Notes: a model not told the origin generated them from the sequence alone. DNA of 27,907 nt from Candidatus Yonathbacteria bacterium RIFOXYD1_FULL_52_36 (GCA_001823605.1 MHUZ01000021.1:1-27907); one strand, 5' to 3'; shown: positions 1 through 9,540, numbered from the stretch's first letter. Numbers and translations are program-made.

Positions 1-81
1 CGCCGGGAAGGATTCGAACCTTCGTAGGCATAAGCCGCTTGATTTACAGTCAAGTGCGATTGACCACTCCGCCACCGACGC
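1..81 (-). tRNA. tRNA-Tyr (anticodon GTA). It is cut by the window edge, so the last acceptor nucleotide, the discriminator and any CCA lie outside.
   Basis: The reverse complement folds as a cloverleaf. Acceptor GCGTCGG pairs with CCGGCG(+1 outside). The D arm contains GGAGTGGTCAA. The anticodon stem is CTTGA/TCAAG with loop CTGTAAA. A long type-II variable arm is present. The T arm is GAAGG-TTCGAAT-CCTTC. Confidence 0.8.
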
Positions 82-137
82 ATGCAACGAAAGGGAGTAT
101 ATCACGCCTCCTTTGTTGGTTCAACGATACTGGGCAA

Positions 138-2828
138 TTATCGTACAGTGGTCTTCTTCCCTGCGTGCTTTACCGAAGAGCGACGCGCTGAGGTCTTTTC
201 GACACTCACCACAACTTCCCCGCCCTTCATGTCCACGGCGACCACGCCACCCGAAAGCACGCCCCTCGAGATCATCAAAGACGCAACTGGCGTCAGGATC
301 TTACTCTGAATGAGTCGCTTGAGCGGGCGTGCCCCGTAGTGTGGGTCGTATCCTTCTTTGGCCATGTATTCCATTACCGTCTCGCTCACTGAGAGCGTGA
401 TTTCTTTTTCTGTGAGACGGTTCTGCACGATCTTCACTTGAAGCTTCACGATCTCGCGGATCGCCTCGGGCGAGAGAATATCAAACATGATGATCTCATC
501 GATGCGATTCAAAAACTCCGGGCGAAACGATTCTTTAAGCGCCTCCATGACGCGACCCTTCGCCTCACTGTAATCAGCGGCCGTCTCGCCGGTGCTGAAG
601 CCGATCGATTGCATCCGGTCAATGAATTGAGCGCCGATATTCGACGTCATAATAATGATCGTATTCTTGAAGTTGACCGTGCGCCCCTTCGAGTCGGTCA
701 AGATGCCGTTATCGAGCACTTGGAGCAAAATGTTGAATACTTCGGGATGCGCCTTTTCGATCTCATCAAACAAGATCACCGAGTACGGGCGATGACGAAC
801 GGTCTCGGTTAGATTTCCGCTCTCCTCGTGCCCCACGTACCCCGGGGGTGACCCAATGATCTTTGAGACTGAATGCTTTTCCATGTACTCGGACATGTCG
901 ACACGAATGAGCGACTTCTCGTCGTCAAACATGAATGAAGCAAGCGCTTTTGAAAGTTCGGTTTTGCCGACACCTGTTGGTCCAAGGAAAATGAACGAGC
1001 CGATTGGACGATTCGGATCAGCAATACCGGCACGCGAGCGCTTGACCGCATCGGCGATCTTTTGAATCGCATCGCTCTGCCCGATCACACGCGAACCAAG
1101 CTCCTGCTCAATGCGCGAGAGCTTCTCAGCCTCTTCCTCAAGCATCCGTGTGACCGGAATACCGGTCCAGCGCGACACCACCTCAGCAATATCCTGCTCA
1201 AGGATCTCTTCTTTGAGAATACGGCGCGATTTCTGGAGTTTCTTTAGGCGCAGTGCTTTTTGCGCAAGCTCGCGCTGAAGCGTGGGGATCTTCCCATAGC
1301 GGATCTCTGCGGCCACAGAAAGGTCGGCGCGCATCTCTGCGTTTTCTGCTTCAAGGCGCAACGCTTCGAGTTTTTTCTTGATCTCACGGATCTCGATCAG
1401 GATCTCTTTTTCGTTTTTCCATTTGAGTTCGAGTTCTTTCGTGCGCTCTTTGAGGTCGGCGATCTCCTGGTCGATCTTCTTGGTGCGCGCTTTTGCCTTT
1501 TTACCTGCAGCACCTTCTTCCTCAGACTCTTTCTTGAGCGCCTCTTTTTCGATCTGGAGCCGCATAATCTTGCGGTGTGCTTCTTCAAGCACTTGAGGCT
1601 TGTTCTCAAGCGAAATACGGAGCGATGACGCACTCTCGTCGATCAAGTCAACCGCCTTATCGGGAAGAAATCGATCCGTAATATACCGGCTCGAAAGGTT
1701 CACCGCAGCAATGATCGCATCGTCAGTGATGCGAATACCATGAAAGAGTTCATAGCGTTCTTTGAGTCCGCGCAAGATCGCGACCGCATCCTCAATAGAC
1801 GGTTCTGAAACATGCACTGGCTGAAATCGGCGCGTAAGTGCCGGGTCTTTTTCAATATATTTTTGATACTCCTTGAGTGTCGTGGCGCCGATCGCACGAA
1901 GCTCGCCGCGCGCGAGTGCAGGCTTAAGCATGTTCGATGCGTCCATTGACCCTTCAGCGGCACCAGCACCCACAATAGTGTGGATCTCATCAATGAACAG
2001 AATAATCTTGCCGTCAGACTGTTCGATCTCCTTCATTATTTTTTTCAAACGATCCTCGAATTCACCACGGTACTTCGTACCAGCAATGAGCGAGCCGAGA
2101 TCAAGAGATACTAGGTCTTTATCTTTGAGTGACTCGGGGACATCGCCTTTTGCCATGCGCACCGCAAGCCCTTCAACCACAGCGGTCTTGCCCACGCCAG
2201 CCTCGCCGATAAGGATCGGGTTGTTTTTGGTACGACGCGAAAGGATCTGCATCACACGAGCAATCTCGTTGTCGCGACCAATCACCGGATCAAGTTTGTC
2301 TTGTGCGGCGAGCTTAGTGAGGTTGCGCGTATATTTCGAGATCGCGCGTGTCTTCTTGGGGGTACCGGCGTCAGAAATATTGCTTGAACGAAATTCTTGA
2401 AGTACACGCATCACATTCTCGCGATCAATACGGAACCGCGTAAGAATCTCGCGTGCTTGGCTTGGTACCTCGATCACCGAAAGGAAGAGGTGCTCCGTTG
2501 AAATGAAATCGTCTTTGAGTTGTGCCCCTACGCGTGCACTCCCTTCAAGGATCTGTCCGAGTTCTTGCGTCAGATAGATCTGATACGACGGCGAGAGCAC
2601 ATTGTTCTGGTCAGGCGATTCGATCGCTTCGATCACGGCGTCGGTAAGTGCAATGGTGTCTGTCTCCAATTTATCCAAAATAGAAACCACCATACTTTCT
2701 TCTTGGAGCAAAAGTGCAGCAAGAAGATGCACGGGGTTTACATGATTCTGTCCCCGTTCGATCGCGAGTTCGTGGGCTTTCCTGATTGCCTCGCGTGCTT
2801 TTGATGTGAAGTTGCTGAATGGTGGCAT
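138..2828 (-). CDS. clpB: ClpB chaperone / disaggregase (class I AAA+ with two NBDs and a coiled-coil M domain)
   Basis: Clp N domain at the N terminus. Walker A GEAGVGKT in NBD1 and GPTGVGKT in NBD2. A long K/E-rich coiled coil lies between them. Sensor-2 GARPLKR is present. The track ORF starts at 2879, but the homology-consistent start is the ATG at 2826-2828 ([14 protein letters not shown]...). Confidence 0.92.
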   Translation of the reverse strand: MPPFSNFTSKAREAIRKAHELAIERGQNHVNPVHLLAALLLQEESMVVSILDKLETDTIALTDAVIEAIESPDQNNVLSPSYQIYLTQELGQILEGSARVGAQLKDDFISTEHLFLSVIEVPSQAREILTRFRIDRENVMRVLQEFRSSNISDAGTPKKTRAISKYTRNLTKLAAQDKLDPVIGRDNEIARVMQILSRRTKNNPILIGEAGVGKTAVVEGLAVRMAKGDVPESLKDKDLVSLDLGSLIAGTKYRGEFEDRLKKIMKEIEQSDGKIILFIDEIHTIVGAGAAEGSMDASNMLKPALARGELRAIGATTLKEYQKYIEKDPALTRRFQPVHVSEPSIEDAVAILRGLKERYELFHGIRITDDAIIAAVNLSSRYITDRFLPDKAVDLIDESASSLRISLENKPQVLEEAHRKIMRLQIEKEALKKESEEEGAAGKKAKARTKKIDQEIADLKERTKELELKWKNEKEILIEIREIKKKLEALRLEAENAEMRADLSVAAEIRYGKIPTLQRELAQKALRLKKLQKSRRILKEEILEQDIAEVVSRWTGIPVTRMLEEEAEKLSRIEQELGSRVIGQSDAIQKIADAVKRSRAGIADPNRPIGSFIFLGPTGVGKTELSKALASFMFDDEKSLIRVDMSEYMEKHSVSKIIGSPPGYVGHEESGNLTETVRHRPYSVILFDEIEKAHPEVFNILLQVLDNGILTDSKGRTVNFKNTIIIMTSNIGAQFIDRMQSIGFSTGETAADYSEAKGRVMEALKESFRPEFLNRIDEIIMFDILSPEAIREIVKLQVKIVQNRLTEKEITLSVSETVMEYMAKEGYDPHYGARPLKRLIQSKILTPVASLMISRGVLSGGVVAVDMKGGEVVVSVEKTSARRSSVKHAGKKTTVR

Positions 2829-2875
2829 ATAGTAATACTTAGATACATATACGATACAACAATTTTTAAAGAAAG

Positions 2876-3748
2876 TCAACTAATTTCCGTCCCCGATGCC
2901 TCCGGGACACCAGCCGCGCCCGACCCTGAAGGTGGGGCGAGCATGGTGCGCAAATCTCCTGCCGGCACAACCCATATATTCCCTCCCTCTTGCGCCACGA
3001 TACCGATTACCTCCCCTGTTGCCGGATGCACAAGAACCTTTCCCAGATCTCCACTCCCAAGCGGGATACTGGTCTTGATCCGCCGTACTGAAACCTCTTC
3101 TTCGGTCCGTTCAATCAAAGAAGAAACGATCCCGTAGTCGGCACTTCCGCCATCTTCCCCGCTCACCAAAATGACCGCCTGCCCCACCTTAGGAAGTGAT
3201 CCTGTTGAGAATGTTACGGGCGAGAGGTGGAGCGGTTTTTTATCAGGAGTAGTGGTCGAGGTATCACTCCGGAGCTTGATGCGCTCCCCGACAGTTGCAA
3301 CGGAGAAGCCGTTCATGGTCGTGGTTGCCAACGTGACCGCATAGGCACCCTCACCTCCGCGCACATATCGGTCAGGAACCGTAGCGGCTCCTGCGGGAAC
3401 CAGCAATGTGTCTCCACTCACGGCAACTCCTCGCACGATCGAACTTGATTCTGCTCCCTGAAGCACCATTTCCGTAAAACTTCCCGCATTACGCTCTATT
3501 GCATGAATGATCAGATCTTCAGAATTCGGTGCCTTGGGCTCGTCGCTCGGAGGCGAAGCTTCGGTTACAACCGGCGTGGGTACAGGGATGACTTTTTCAA
3601 TGACGCGATTTACCGTCTGAATGATTGGCGACGAGGTGGGAGCATTGCGCGAGAGCTGTGCGGTGGTCACAATACTTGCCGAGATAGACGTTACAAAACT
3701 AACGAATACCGCAAGGAGAACGAGTTGTGATTTAGTGAGGTGCTCCAT
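2876..3748 (-). CDS. Membrane-anchored hypothetical protein with a trypsin/HtrA-like domain carrying atypical active-site motifs
   Basis: N-terminal signal-anchor helix [19 protein letters not shown]. The segment [23 protein letters not shown] resembles the HtrA GNSGGPLVN..GEVIGI region, but the catalytic motif is non-canonical. IIHAIE is a possible His region. Confidence 0.55.
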   Translation of the reverse strand: MEHLTKSQLVLLAVFVSFVTSISASIVTTAQLSRNAPTSSPIIQTVNRVIEKVIPVPTPVVTEASPPSDEPKAPNSEDLIIHAIERNAGSFTEMVLQGAESSSIVRGVAVSGDTLLVPAGAATVPDRYVRGGEGAYAVTLATTTMNGFSVATVGERIKLRSDTSTTTPDKKPLHLSPVTFSTGSLPKVGQAVILVSGEDGGSADYGIVSSLIERTEEEVSVRRIKTSIPLGSGDLGKVLVHPATGEVIGIVAQEGGNIWVVPAGDLRTMLAPPSGSGAAGVPEASGTEIS

Positions 3749-3804
3749 TTATTTGCTCATTAGATACTATTGTACGCTCACCACCTTGTGCTCGCAAGAC
3801 GCAG

Positions 3805-4386
3805 TTACGCCCGAAAACGCTCCTCAGCAACATCCCAATTGATGGCATTCCAGAACGCGTCGATGTACTCAGCACGCTTCAGACCGTAATCAAGCATGAA
3901 TGCATGTTCGAATACATCCATAACAAGAATCGGCCGCGCACCGGCAAGGTGTCCTGCATCGTGCTCGTTGACCCACACATTAAAAAGACGTTTTGTCTCT
4001 TCATCTCTTACGAGGATTGCCCAACCAATACCGCGCATAGCGCCAGTTGCCTTAAAGTCCGCCGCCCATGCATCGAATGAACCAAATTGTTCCTCAATGG
4101 CAGCAAAGAGTAGTGGCTTCTCAGGGGCTTGTGCTTGTGCGCTGGTCATGTTCCCAAAATACAGCTCATGGAGACGCATACCGTTGTATTCCCAACCAAA
4201 CCGACGTTTGAGTTCTGTGTATTCAGGGGTGCCTGCCTGCGCGTTTTTAAGTGCCTCGGCAAGTTTATTCGTATTCGTCACATACCCTTGATAAAGTGTG
4301 AAGTGATTCTTAAGCAATGCATCACTAAACCCTTTGGTACCCAAGAGATGGTCAAATGATTTTGCTTCGTACGATAGTGCGGTCAT
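3805..4386 (-). CDS. sod: Fe/Mn-family superoxide dismutase
   Basis: The N-terminal pattern LPYxxxALEPxIS is present as SYEAKSFDHLLGTKGFSDALLKNH. The C-terminal metal-ligand motif DVFEHAFMLDYG corresponds to the canonical DVWEHAYY. The protein is 193 aa. Confidence 0.88.
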   Translation of the reverse strand: MTALSYEAKSFDHLLGTKGFSDALLKNHFTLYQGYVTNTNKLAEALKNAQAGTPEYTELKRRFGWEYNGMRLHELYFGNMTSAQAQAPEKPLLFAAIEEQFGSFDAWAADFKATGAMRGIGWAILVRDEETKRLFNVWVNEHDAGHLAGARPILVMDVFEHAFMLDYGLKRAEYIDAFWNAINWDVAEERFRA

Positions 4387-4407
4387 GAATCGATTACAAA
4401 TTAAATA

Positions 4408-5655
4408 CTAAATATCAGATACATCAGCATACGGTTCCATTCTCGCAAGGATGCGCCCCAGCGCAGACACGAATTCCTTGAGACTCTGTGCGGTCGTGTC
4501 AGACCCGAGCGAAACGCGAATACCCCCGTGCACTCCCTGCTTCTTGAGTGCAAGTATAACACGCGAGTCCGCACCGAGTGTTCCTGTGCACGCACTTCCC
4601 GTGGACACCGCAAATCCTTCCGCATCAAGTGCAAGCGCGAGGTAATCATGTGCCATCCCAGGGACTGAAAAATTCACAATGTGGGGCACGCGGTCGGTCG
4701 GATGACCGTTTATGATCACGCCAGGCACTCGGCGCATGAGGTCCGCAGTCAACGCGCCAGAAAGTTTTCGAAGACGCTTCTCTTCTTTTTCTGATGCGTC
4801 TCGTGCCAACGCAAACGCCGTAGCAGCAGCGACAATCCCCGCTCCCCATTCTGTACCACCTCGCCTACCCTGCTCCTGTTCACCCGGAATCACCGGCGTA
4901 ACAGAACCACCACGTCGTACATACAAAACACCAACCCCTTTCGGCCCGTAAAACTTTGCTCCACTTATAGTAAGAAAATCGATGTTAAGCCGTGATGAAG
5001 CAATGTCTAAAAACTGTGCCGCTTGGCACGCATCGGTATGCACTAAGGGATAGCGCAATTGATTCTCTTTCCGCGCACGCACGGCGACCTTCACGATATC
5101 TTTGACCGGCTCGATCGTGCCGAACTCATTGTTTGCATACATGACCGAAACAATAGCCGTGTTTGGTGTTATGAGCTCGCGCAGTGCTTTGAGTGACACT
5201 GTGCCATACTCGTCACCTGGGATCTCGCGCACGATTGCTTTCCCTGCGTGGACAAGCGCCAAAGCTCCCTCGTGTACCGACGCGTGCTCAATCGATGAGA
5301 TCAAAATTTCCGGAGTCTTGCCGGGAAACGCCGCACGAAATCCTTCGACCGCGCTCGTGAGCGCAGTCATATTCGCTTCGGTCGCATTGCTGGTGAATAT
5401 GATCTCATCCGCATGAGCCGAGAGACCTTCCGCAAATACTTGCCGCGCTTCCTCAATGGCCCGCCGTGCAAATACACCGCCCCGATGAATTGAGCTTGGA
5501 TTCTCTGGATGCTTTTTTTCATATGCAACCAGCGCCGCAAGCGCTTCTTTTCTCATTGGCGTTGCCGCAGCATAGTCGAGATATACGCGTTTTGCTGCGC
5601 TCTTTCTTTGTGTGACCCGCGTCGGGCGTTTCTTTTTTGTTAGTGTCCGTGCCAT
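4408..5655 (-). CDS. iscS: Cysteine desulfurase (class V aminotransferase, NifS/IscS-like)
   Basis: YLDYAAATP N-terminal motif. PLP-lysine motif SGAKFYGPKGVG. Active-site cysteine loop STGSACTG. A short basic N-terminal extension is present. The track start codon is a GTG at 5658. The ATG at 5653-5655 sits 6 nt after a TACAAT -10, which makes it a likely leaderless start. Confidence 0.85.
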   Translation of the reverse strand: MARTLTKKKRPTRVTQRKSAAKRVYLDYAAATPMRKEALAALVAYEKKHPENPSSIHRGGVFARRAIEEARQVFAEGLSAHADEIIFTSNATEANMTALTSAVEGFRAAFPGKTPEILISSIEHASVHEGALALVHAGKAIVREIPGDEYGTVSLKALRELITPNTAIVSVMYANNEFGTIEPVKDIVKVAVRARKENQLRYPLVHTDACQAAQFLDIASSRLNIDFLTISGAKFYGPKGVGVLYVRRGGSVTPVIPGEQEQGRRGGTEWGAGIVAAATAFALARDASEKEEKRLRKLSGALTADLMRRVPGVIINGHPTDRVPHIVNFSVPGMAHDYLALALDAEGFAVSTGSACTGTLGADSRVILALKKQGVHGGIRVSLGSDTTAQSLKEFVSALGRILARMEPYADVSDI

Positions 5656-5661
5656 CACCGC

Positions 5662-5711
5662 ATTGTAGTACCGTTATAAACAATTGCAAAATCACGATTT
5701 TTGTGTACAAT
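5662..5711. promoter_or_regulatory. Symmetric divergent promoter pair that shares one palindromic -35 hexamer
   Basis: On the plus strand, TTGCAA (5684-5689), a 16-nt spacer and TACAAT (5706-5711) lead to ATG 5720. On the minus strand the same TTGCAA, a 16-nt spacer and TACAAT (reverse complement of 5662-5667) lead to the GTG/ATG at 5658/5655. Both starts lie about 7 nt from the -10, which implies leaderless transcripts. Confidence 0.6.
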
Positions 5712-5719
5712 TGAGCGTT

Positions 5720-6172
5720 ATGGCAGACACCCAAACGCTCGTTACGATCGCACTTGCGCTTATCACCATAATCCTCTTCGGATGGGTCATCATTCTTGAG
5801 CGCCGCATGCGCCGTCTCCTCGTCGGCAAAAACGCTCAAACGCTCGAGGACACCATCATAACGATTCGTGACGGCATCTACGCACTTTCACACGCACACA
5901 AAGAATCCAAGACACGTATCGAGGATCTCGACCGCCGTGTGAAGCGCAGTATGCAGGGCGTAGAGACGGTGCGCTTCAACGCATTCGGAGACGCAGGAAG
6001 CAAGCAGAGCTTTGCCATCGGCATCTTAAACGAAGAAGGTGACGGTGTCGTGCTTTCGAGCCTCTATGCACGCGATCGCATGAGCATCTTTGCAAAACCG
6101 ATCAAAGCACACGCTTCGGAGCACGAGCTCACTGAAGAAGAGCGCTCTGCGATCGAGCGCGCACGCCGCTAG
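5720..6172 (+). CDS. Conserved membrane-anchored hypothetical protein (DUF4446-like)
   Basis: N-terminal TM helix LVTIALALITIILFGWVIIL, then a soluble domain with VRFNAFGDAGSKQSFAIGILNEEGDGVVLSSLYARDRMSIFAKPI, a pattern recalled for the DUF4446 family. The start was chosen at ATG 5720 (MADTQ...), immediately downstream of the promoter. The track ORF begins 36 nt upstream. Confidence 0.6.
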   Translation: MADTQTLVTIALALITIILFGWVIILERRMRRLLVGKNAQTLEDTIITIRDGIYALSHAHKESKTRIEDLDRRVKRSMQGVETVRFNAFGDAGSKQSFAIGILNEEGDGVVLSSLYARDRMSIFAKPIKAHASEHELTEEERSAIERARR

Positions 6173-6225
6173 CACATCCCCTGCACGCAACGCCCCGTGC
6201 ACCGCGATATGAACCCCACAACCCT

Positions 6226-7746
6226 ATGTCAGCAAAACACACACAATCAGCGCCTGCTTCACAAGAGCGTCCTCCCATCGTGGTTATCATGGGCCATATT
6301 GACCATGGCAAATCAACGCTCCTTGATTACATCCGAAAGACCAACATTGTAGCAACCGAGGCGGGTGGTATCACCCAGCACCTTTCTGCATACGAGGTAA
6401 CACACCCAGGCAGTGATGGCTTGCCCAAGCGCATCACCTTTCTTGATACTCCGGGACATGAGGCATTCTCTCAAATGCGCTCTCGTGGAGCACGCGTGGC
6501 TGACGTGGCGATCTTGGTCGTCTCGGCTGAAGACGGCGTAAAAGCGCAGACCAAAGAAGCCCTCGCTTCAATCATCGCCGCAAAAACACCCTACATTGTT
6601 GCCATCAATAAGATCGACAAGCCGGCCGCAAATATTGACCGCACCAAAAACTCTCTTGTTGAAAACGAAATCTACATCGAAGGATTCGGAGGTGATATCC
6701 CCGCCCTGCCTATTTCTGCAAAAACCGGCCAAGGGGTTCCCGAGCTTCTTGATATGGTTCTTCTGCTCGCAGATATGCAGACCCTTACCGCAGATCCGGG
6801 CCGCCCTGCATCTGGTATCGTGATCGAAGCGAATGTCGACCCACGCAAAGGCATCTCGGCTACGCTCATCATTAAGAATGGTACGCTCAAGAAAGGGATG
6901 TTCGTGATCGCCGAGCAAAGCATTGCTCCGGTACGCGCGATCGAAACATTCATGGGAACTCTCGTCCCTGAAGCATCATTCTCATCCCCTATCCGTATTA
7001 CCGGATGGAGCGGTGTTCCTCCGGTAGGCGCCTCATTTGACGCCTGCGAGAACAAGAAAGAGGCTGAGCAGCTCGTGGCCGCATTTGGAGATCCCAACCG
7101 CAAAGAGAATATTCCGGGAATTGGCCTATCGTCAGACGGAAAGACATTTGTTCCTGTCATTATAAAAACCGATGTTTCAGGAACACTTGAGGCGGTTGAG
7201 AAGGAGCTCGGAAAACTTGATCAGGAAAAAATTGGTGTGAGGATCATTCATGCGGGTGTCGGGACGATCACCGAAGGCGACATCAAGAACGCCCAGGGTA
7301 CTGACCCAGCGATCGTGCTCGGGTTCAACGTAAAGACCGACACGCAGGCACGCATCATGGCGGAACGAACCAATGTTCGCATCGAACTGTTCGATATTAT
7401 CTATAAACTTACTGAATGGCTCGGTGAGGAAATGGCGAAGCGAACACCGAAAGAAACCGTAATCGAGGTGCGCGGAAAAGCCCAGCTTCTGCGACTCTTT
7501 AGTGCTACCAAGCAAAAACAAGTCATTGGAGGTCGTGTTCTTGAAGGATCATTCGACCACGGAGCGCTCGTACGCATTATGCGCCGCGAGACCGAGATCG
7601 GTACCGGCAAAGTGCTCGAGCTTCAGCAACAAAAAGTAAAGGCGGACAAAGTGCTCGAGGGAAATGAATTTGGTGCAATGATTGAATCAAAAATAGAACT
7701 TGCAACAGGCGACATCCTTGAGGCGCTTGTACGCATCGAACGTTAA
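6226..7746 (+). CDS. infB: Translation initiation factor IF-2 (short form lacking the long N-terminal region)
   Basis: G domain with VVIMGHIDHGKSTLLD (G1), DTPGHEAF (G3) and NKIDK (G4). The C-terminal beta-barrel domains are present. The protein is 506 aa. Confidence 0.92.
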   Translation: MSAKHTQSAPASQERPPIVVIMGHIDHGKSTLLDYIRKTNIVATEAGGITQHLSAYEVTHPGSDGLPKRITFLDTPGHEAFSQMRSRGARVADVAILVVSAEDGVKAQTKEALASIIAAKTPYIVAINKIDKPAANIDRTKNSLVENEIYIEGFGGDIPALPISAKTGQGVPELLDMVLLLADMQTLTADPGRPASGIVIEANVDPRKGISATLIIKNGTLKKGMFVIAEQSIAPVRAIETFMGTLVPEASFSSPIRITGWSGVPPVGASFDACENKKEAEQLVAAFGDPNRKENIPGIGLSSDGKTFVPVIIKTDVSGTLEAVEKELGKLDQEKIGVRIIHAGVGTITEGDIKNAQGTDPAIVLGFNVKTDTQARIMAERTNVRIELFDIIYKLTEWLGEEMAKRTPKETVIEVRGKAQLLRLFSATKQKQVIGGRVLEGSFDHGALVRIMRRETEIGTGKVLELQQQKVKADKVLEGNEFGAMIESKIELATGDILEALVRIER

Positions 7747-7751
7747 CTACT

Positions 7752-8078
7752 ATGGCACACGACCGCATTGACCGCGTTGAAGGATTGTTGCGAGAACTTG
7801 CCGCAACGTTTCTTGAACGCGAAACTGACCACACGTCGCTCATCACCGTCACCCGCTGTACCGTCTCAAGGGACCTCACGCGCTCTACGGTGTTCTTCAC
7901 CGTGCTTCCCGACAGCATGGAGGAACAGGCATCAGCATTCGTCACACGGCGCATGGGTGCGTTCCGTGAATATGTGAAGTCAAAAACTTCACTCCGCCGG
8001 CTCCCCTACTTTGAGGCGGAGTTCGACAAGGGTGAGCGCATTCGTCAAAAAATTGACTCACTCGACACTGACACATAG
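7752..8078 (+). CDS. rbfA: Ribosome-binding factor A
   Basis: 108 aa. It lies 5 nt downstream of infB, which is the conserved infB-rbfA synteny. The RbfA KH-like pattern is present (R..RV...L..ELA..F.......VT.V.VS.DL..A.VF). Confidence 0.85.
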   Translation: MAHDRIDRVEGLLRELAATFLERETDHTSLITVTRCTVSRDLTRSTVFFTVLPDSMEEQASAFVTRRMGAFREYVKSKTSLRRLPYFEAEFDKGERIRQKIDSLDTDT

Positions 8079-8103
8079 AATGTTCGAGTAGATGACATCG
8101 TAG

Positions 8104-8175
8104 GGCGTGGTGGCGAAGTGGTAACGCTTCGGTCTGCAAAACCGACACGCGCGGGTTCGATTCCCGCCCACGCCT
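8104..8175 (+). tRNA. tRNA-Cys (GCA). No encoded CCA.
   Basis: Acceptor GGCGTGG pairs with CCACGCC. Anticodon stem TCGGT/ACCGA with loop CTGCAAA. T arm GCGGG-TTCGATT-CCCGC. Discriminator T. The following bases are CTA. Confidence 0.88.
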
Positions 8176-8203
8176 CTAGAAAAAGTGCTAGAATACTCAT
8201 CAC

Positions 8204-8286
8204 GCCGGGGTGATGAAATGGTAGACATAGGAGACTTAAAATCTCCAGGGCGCAAGCCCGTGTGGGTTCGAGTCCCACCCTCGGCA
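8204..8286 (+). tRNA. tRNA-Leu (TAA), type II. No encoded CCA.
   Basis: Acceptor GCCGGGG pairs with CCTCGGC. Anticodon stem GGAGA/TCTCC with loop CTTAAAA. Long variable arm GGGCGCAAGCCCGT. T arm GTGGG-TTCGAGT-CCCAC. Discriminator A. Confidence 0.88.
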
Positions 8287-8307
8287 CTAAAGTAAATCTA
8301 AAAAGTT

Positions 8308-9510
8308 ATGGCATTTAATAAAGAGCCGTCACAACAACAGACACCAGGAGAATTAAAGATAACCGAATATGCCAACAGAGTAACGGCCGGGGAGCCACTC
8401 GACTCAATTCTTGATGGTCTGCCGCCTGGAATGAGGCAAGTGGTCGAAGCCCGTGTGAATGCTCAAGGCGAAGATCCAACTGAGAAGCCGGCGGAAAGCC
8501 AACCTGACCACGCCTTGAGATTGCCTCCTCAATACGCAGGCTTGCCATCAGAAATTGTGGAAGACCTTTGGATAATTCCGGTGTATGTCGATCCTGAAAA
8601 GACACAGAGTGAACTAAAGAAAAAGGAGGCGGTTCTTAATGCCCTACGACACAAAGAAAGAGCGGGGGCTGTGTCCGAAGAGAATGAAGCGCTTAAATGG
8701 GCAGATGATACGGCAAGAATTTCAGAAATAAGAGAGCAAATCGGTATTCCTACTCCTGAACAAGGAATAACCTCATTTGAACAACTTGGGGCCATAGAGT
8801 CGATGAGCGTCGAAGAATTTGCCGTGTATCTGGCAGCAGAGGCAAAAAAACAAGGAAAGGAGCTTGCGGGAAAGACCGCGTATGAGGCACTCACGGCACG
8901 CCCTGAGTGCCGTGAATTAAGAATTTCATCGGCATTCGGAAACTCAGACGCCCTAATGGAGGTGTTCCACAAAAATGGAGAAGCTATCCGAAAATTCAAA
9001 GAAGACACTGCATCAAAAGTTACAGCGGTCGATGGTGTAGAGTATGTTCCAGGTGCTTGGGATCATTACAAAATCCAATATGAACAGCGGGAACGGGAGG
9101 AGACACACAAAGGGTATATTACAATTAATAAAGATCAAATCCTTACTGAATTTACGCCAGATGTGCGCCACGAGATCGTAAAAAAACTTCGTGACGGTGG
9201 GTACCGTGGTCAAGTGAAATTCCCCGTGCTCGGCTCTAGGGCGCTCTTAAGCTACGACAACATTGTCCTTCACGGAAATGAGCTGGCTGATGTGGATCGT
9301 GGCATAGAAATAGTCCAGAATGTTTTAAATGAGGTCCGCCTGAACCATGAAGCTCCAAGGCGCGGGGTAGATGCGGCGGGAGTAGATGGCAAAAAAACCA
9401 GCTATACTGATCGAATTGCCCAGCTAGTCACGCAAGCAAGCAAAGATCCAAGCATTGATCTTGAAACAGAGATCAAAAGATTGAAGGAGCCCGAACACGC
9501 TCGAGAATGA
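8308..9510 (+). CDS. Hypothetical protein of 400 aa with atypical composition. Likely horizontally acquired.
   Basis: Long uninterrupted ORF that begins 22 nt after tRNA-Leu. GC is visibly lower than the flanks: one 60-nt sample is 40% against more than 55% around it. Codon usage is A-rich, with AGA/AGG Arg and AAA/GAA runs. The N terminus is an E/P/Q-rich, likely disordered region. No confident family was recognised. Confidence 0.7.
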   Translation: MAFNKEPSQQQTPGELKITEYANRVTAGEPLDSILDGLPPGMRQVVEARVNAQGEDPTEKPAESQPDHALRLPPQYAGLPSEIVEDLWIIPVYVDPEKTQSELKKKEAVLNALRHKERAGAVSEENEALKWADDTARISEIREQIGIPTPEQGITSFEQLGAIESMSVEEFAVYLAAEAKKQGKELAGKTAYEALTARPECRELRISSAFGNSDALMEVFHKNGEAIRKFKEDTASKVTAVDGVEYVPGAWDHYKIQYEQREREETHKGYITINKDQILTEFTPDVRHEIVKKLRDGGYRGQVKFPVLGSRALLSYDNIVLHGNELADVDRGIEIVQNVLNEVRLNHEAPRRGVDAAGVDGKKTSYTDRIAQLVTQASKDPSIDLETEIKRLKEPEHARE

Positions 9511-9540
9511 ATCGAGGAAGAAAATGGATCTAACCAAAAA

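Noticed and set aside
438-2400. Several 60-175-aa ORFs antisense to or out of frame with clpB (438-812+, 856-1065+, 1260-1628+, 1873-2400+ and others)
   Set aside because: They are fully contained in the 913-aa ClpB reading frame, which has unmistakable AAA+ motifs. Their translations are low complexity (S/R/F-rich) with no start-site signals.
138-2879. Track N-terminal extensions of clpB (to 2879), mscL (to 10028), the MGMT gene (to 10419), pth (to 25526), lepB (from 25517), the DUF4446-like gene (from 5684), the GH gene (to 24788) and pilin-like B (to 13527)
   Set aside because: Conserved family N termini begin at internal ATGs. The extensions overlap neighbouring genes or AT-rich promoter sequence, so the starts were trimmed.
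2829-2900. CtsR or CIRCE heat-shock operator upstream of clpB
   Set aside because: Only a single GTCAAC heptad-like element is present, with no direct repeat. There is no TTAGCACTC-N9-GAGTGCTAA inverted repeat.
8045-8287. Minus-strand ORFs of 80 and 65 aa
   Set aside because: They are translations across tRNA-Cys and tRNA-Leu(TAA). The sequence is explained by the tRNA genes.
8308-9510. P-loop NTPase assignment for the foreign ORF based on GVDGKKTS
   Set aside because: The spacing does not fit the Walker A pattern GxxxxGK[ST], and no Walker B follows.
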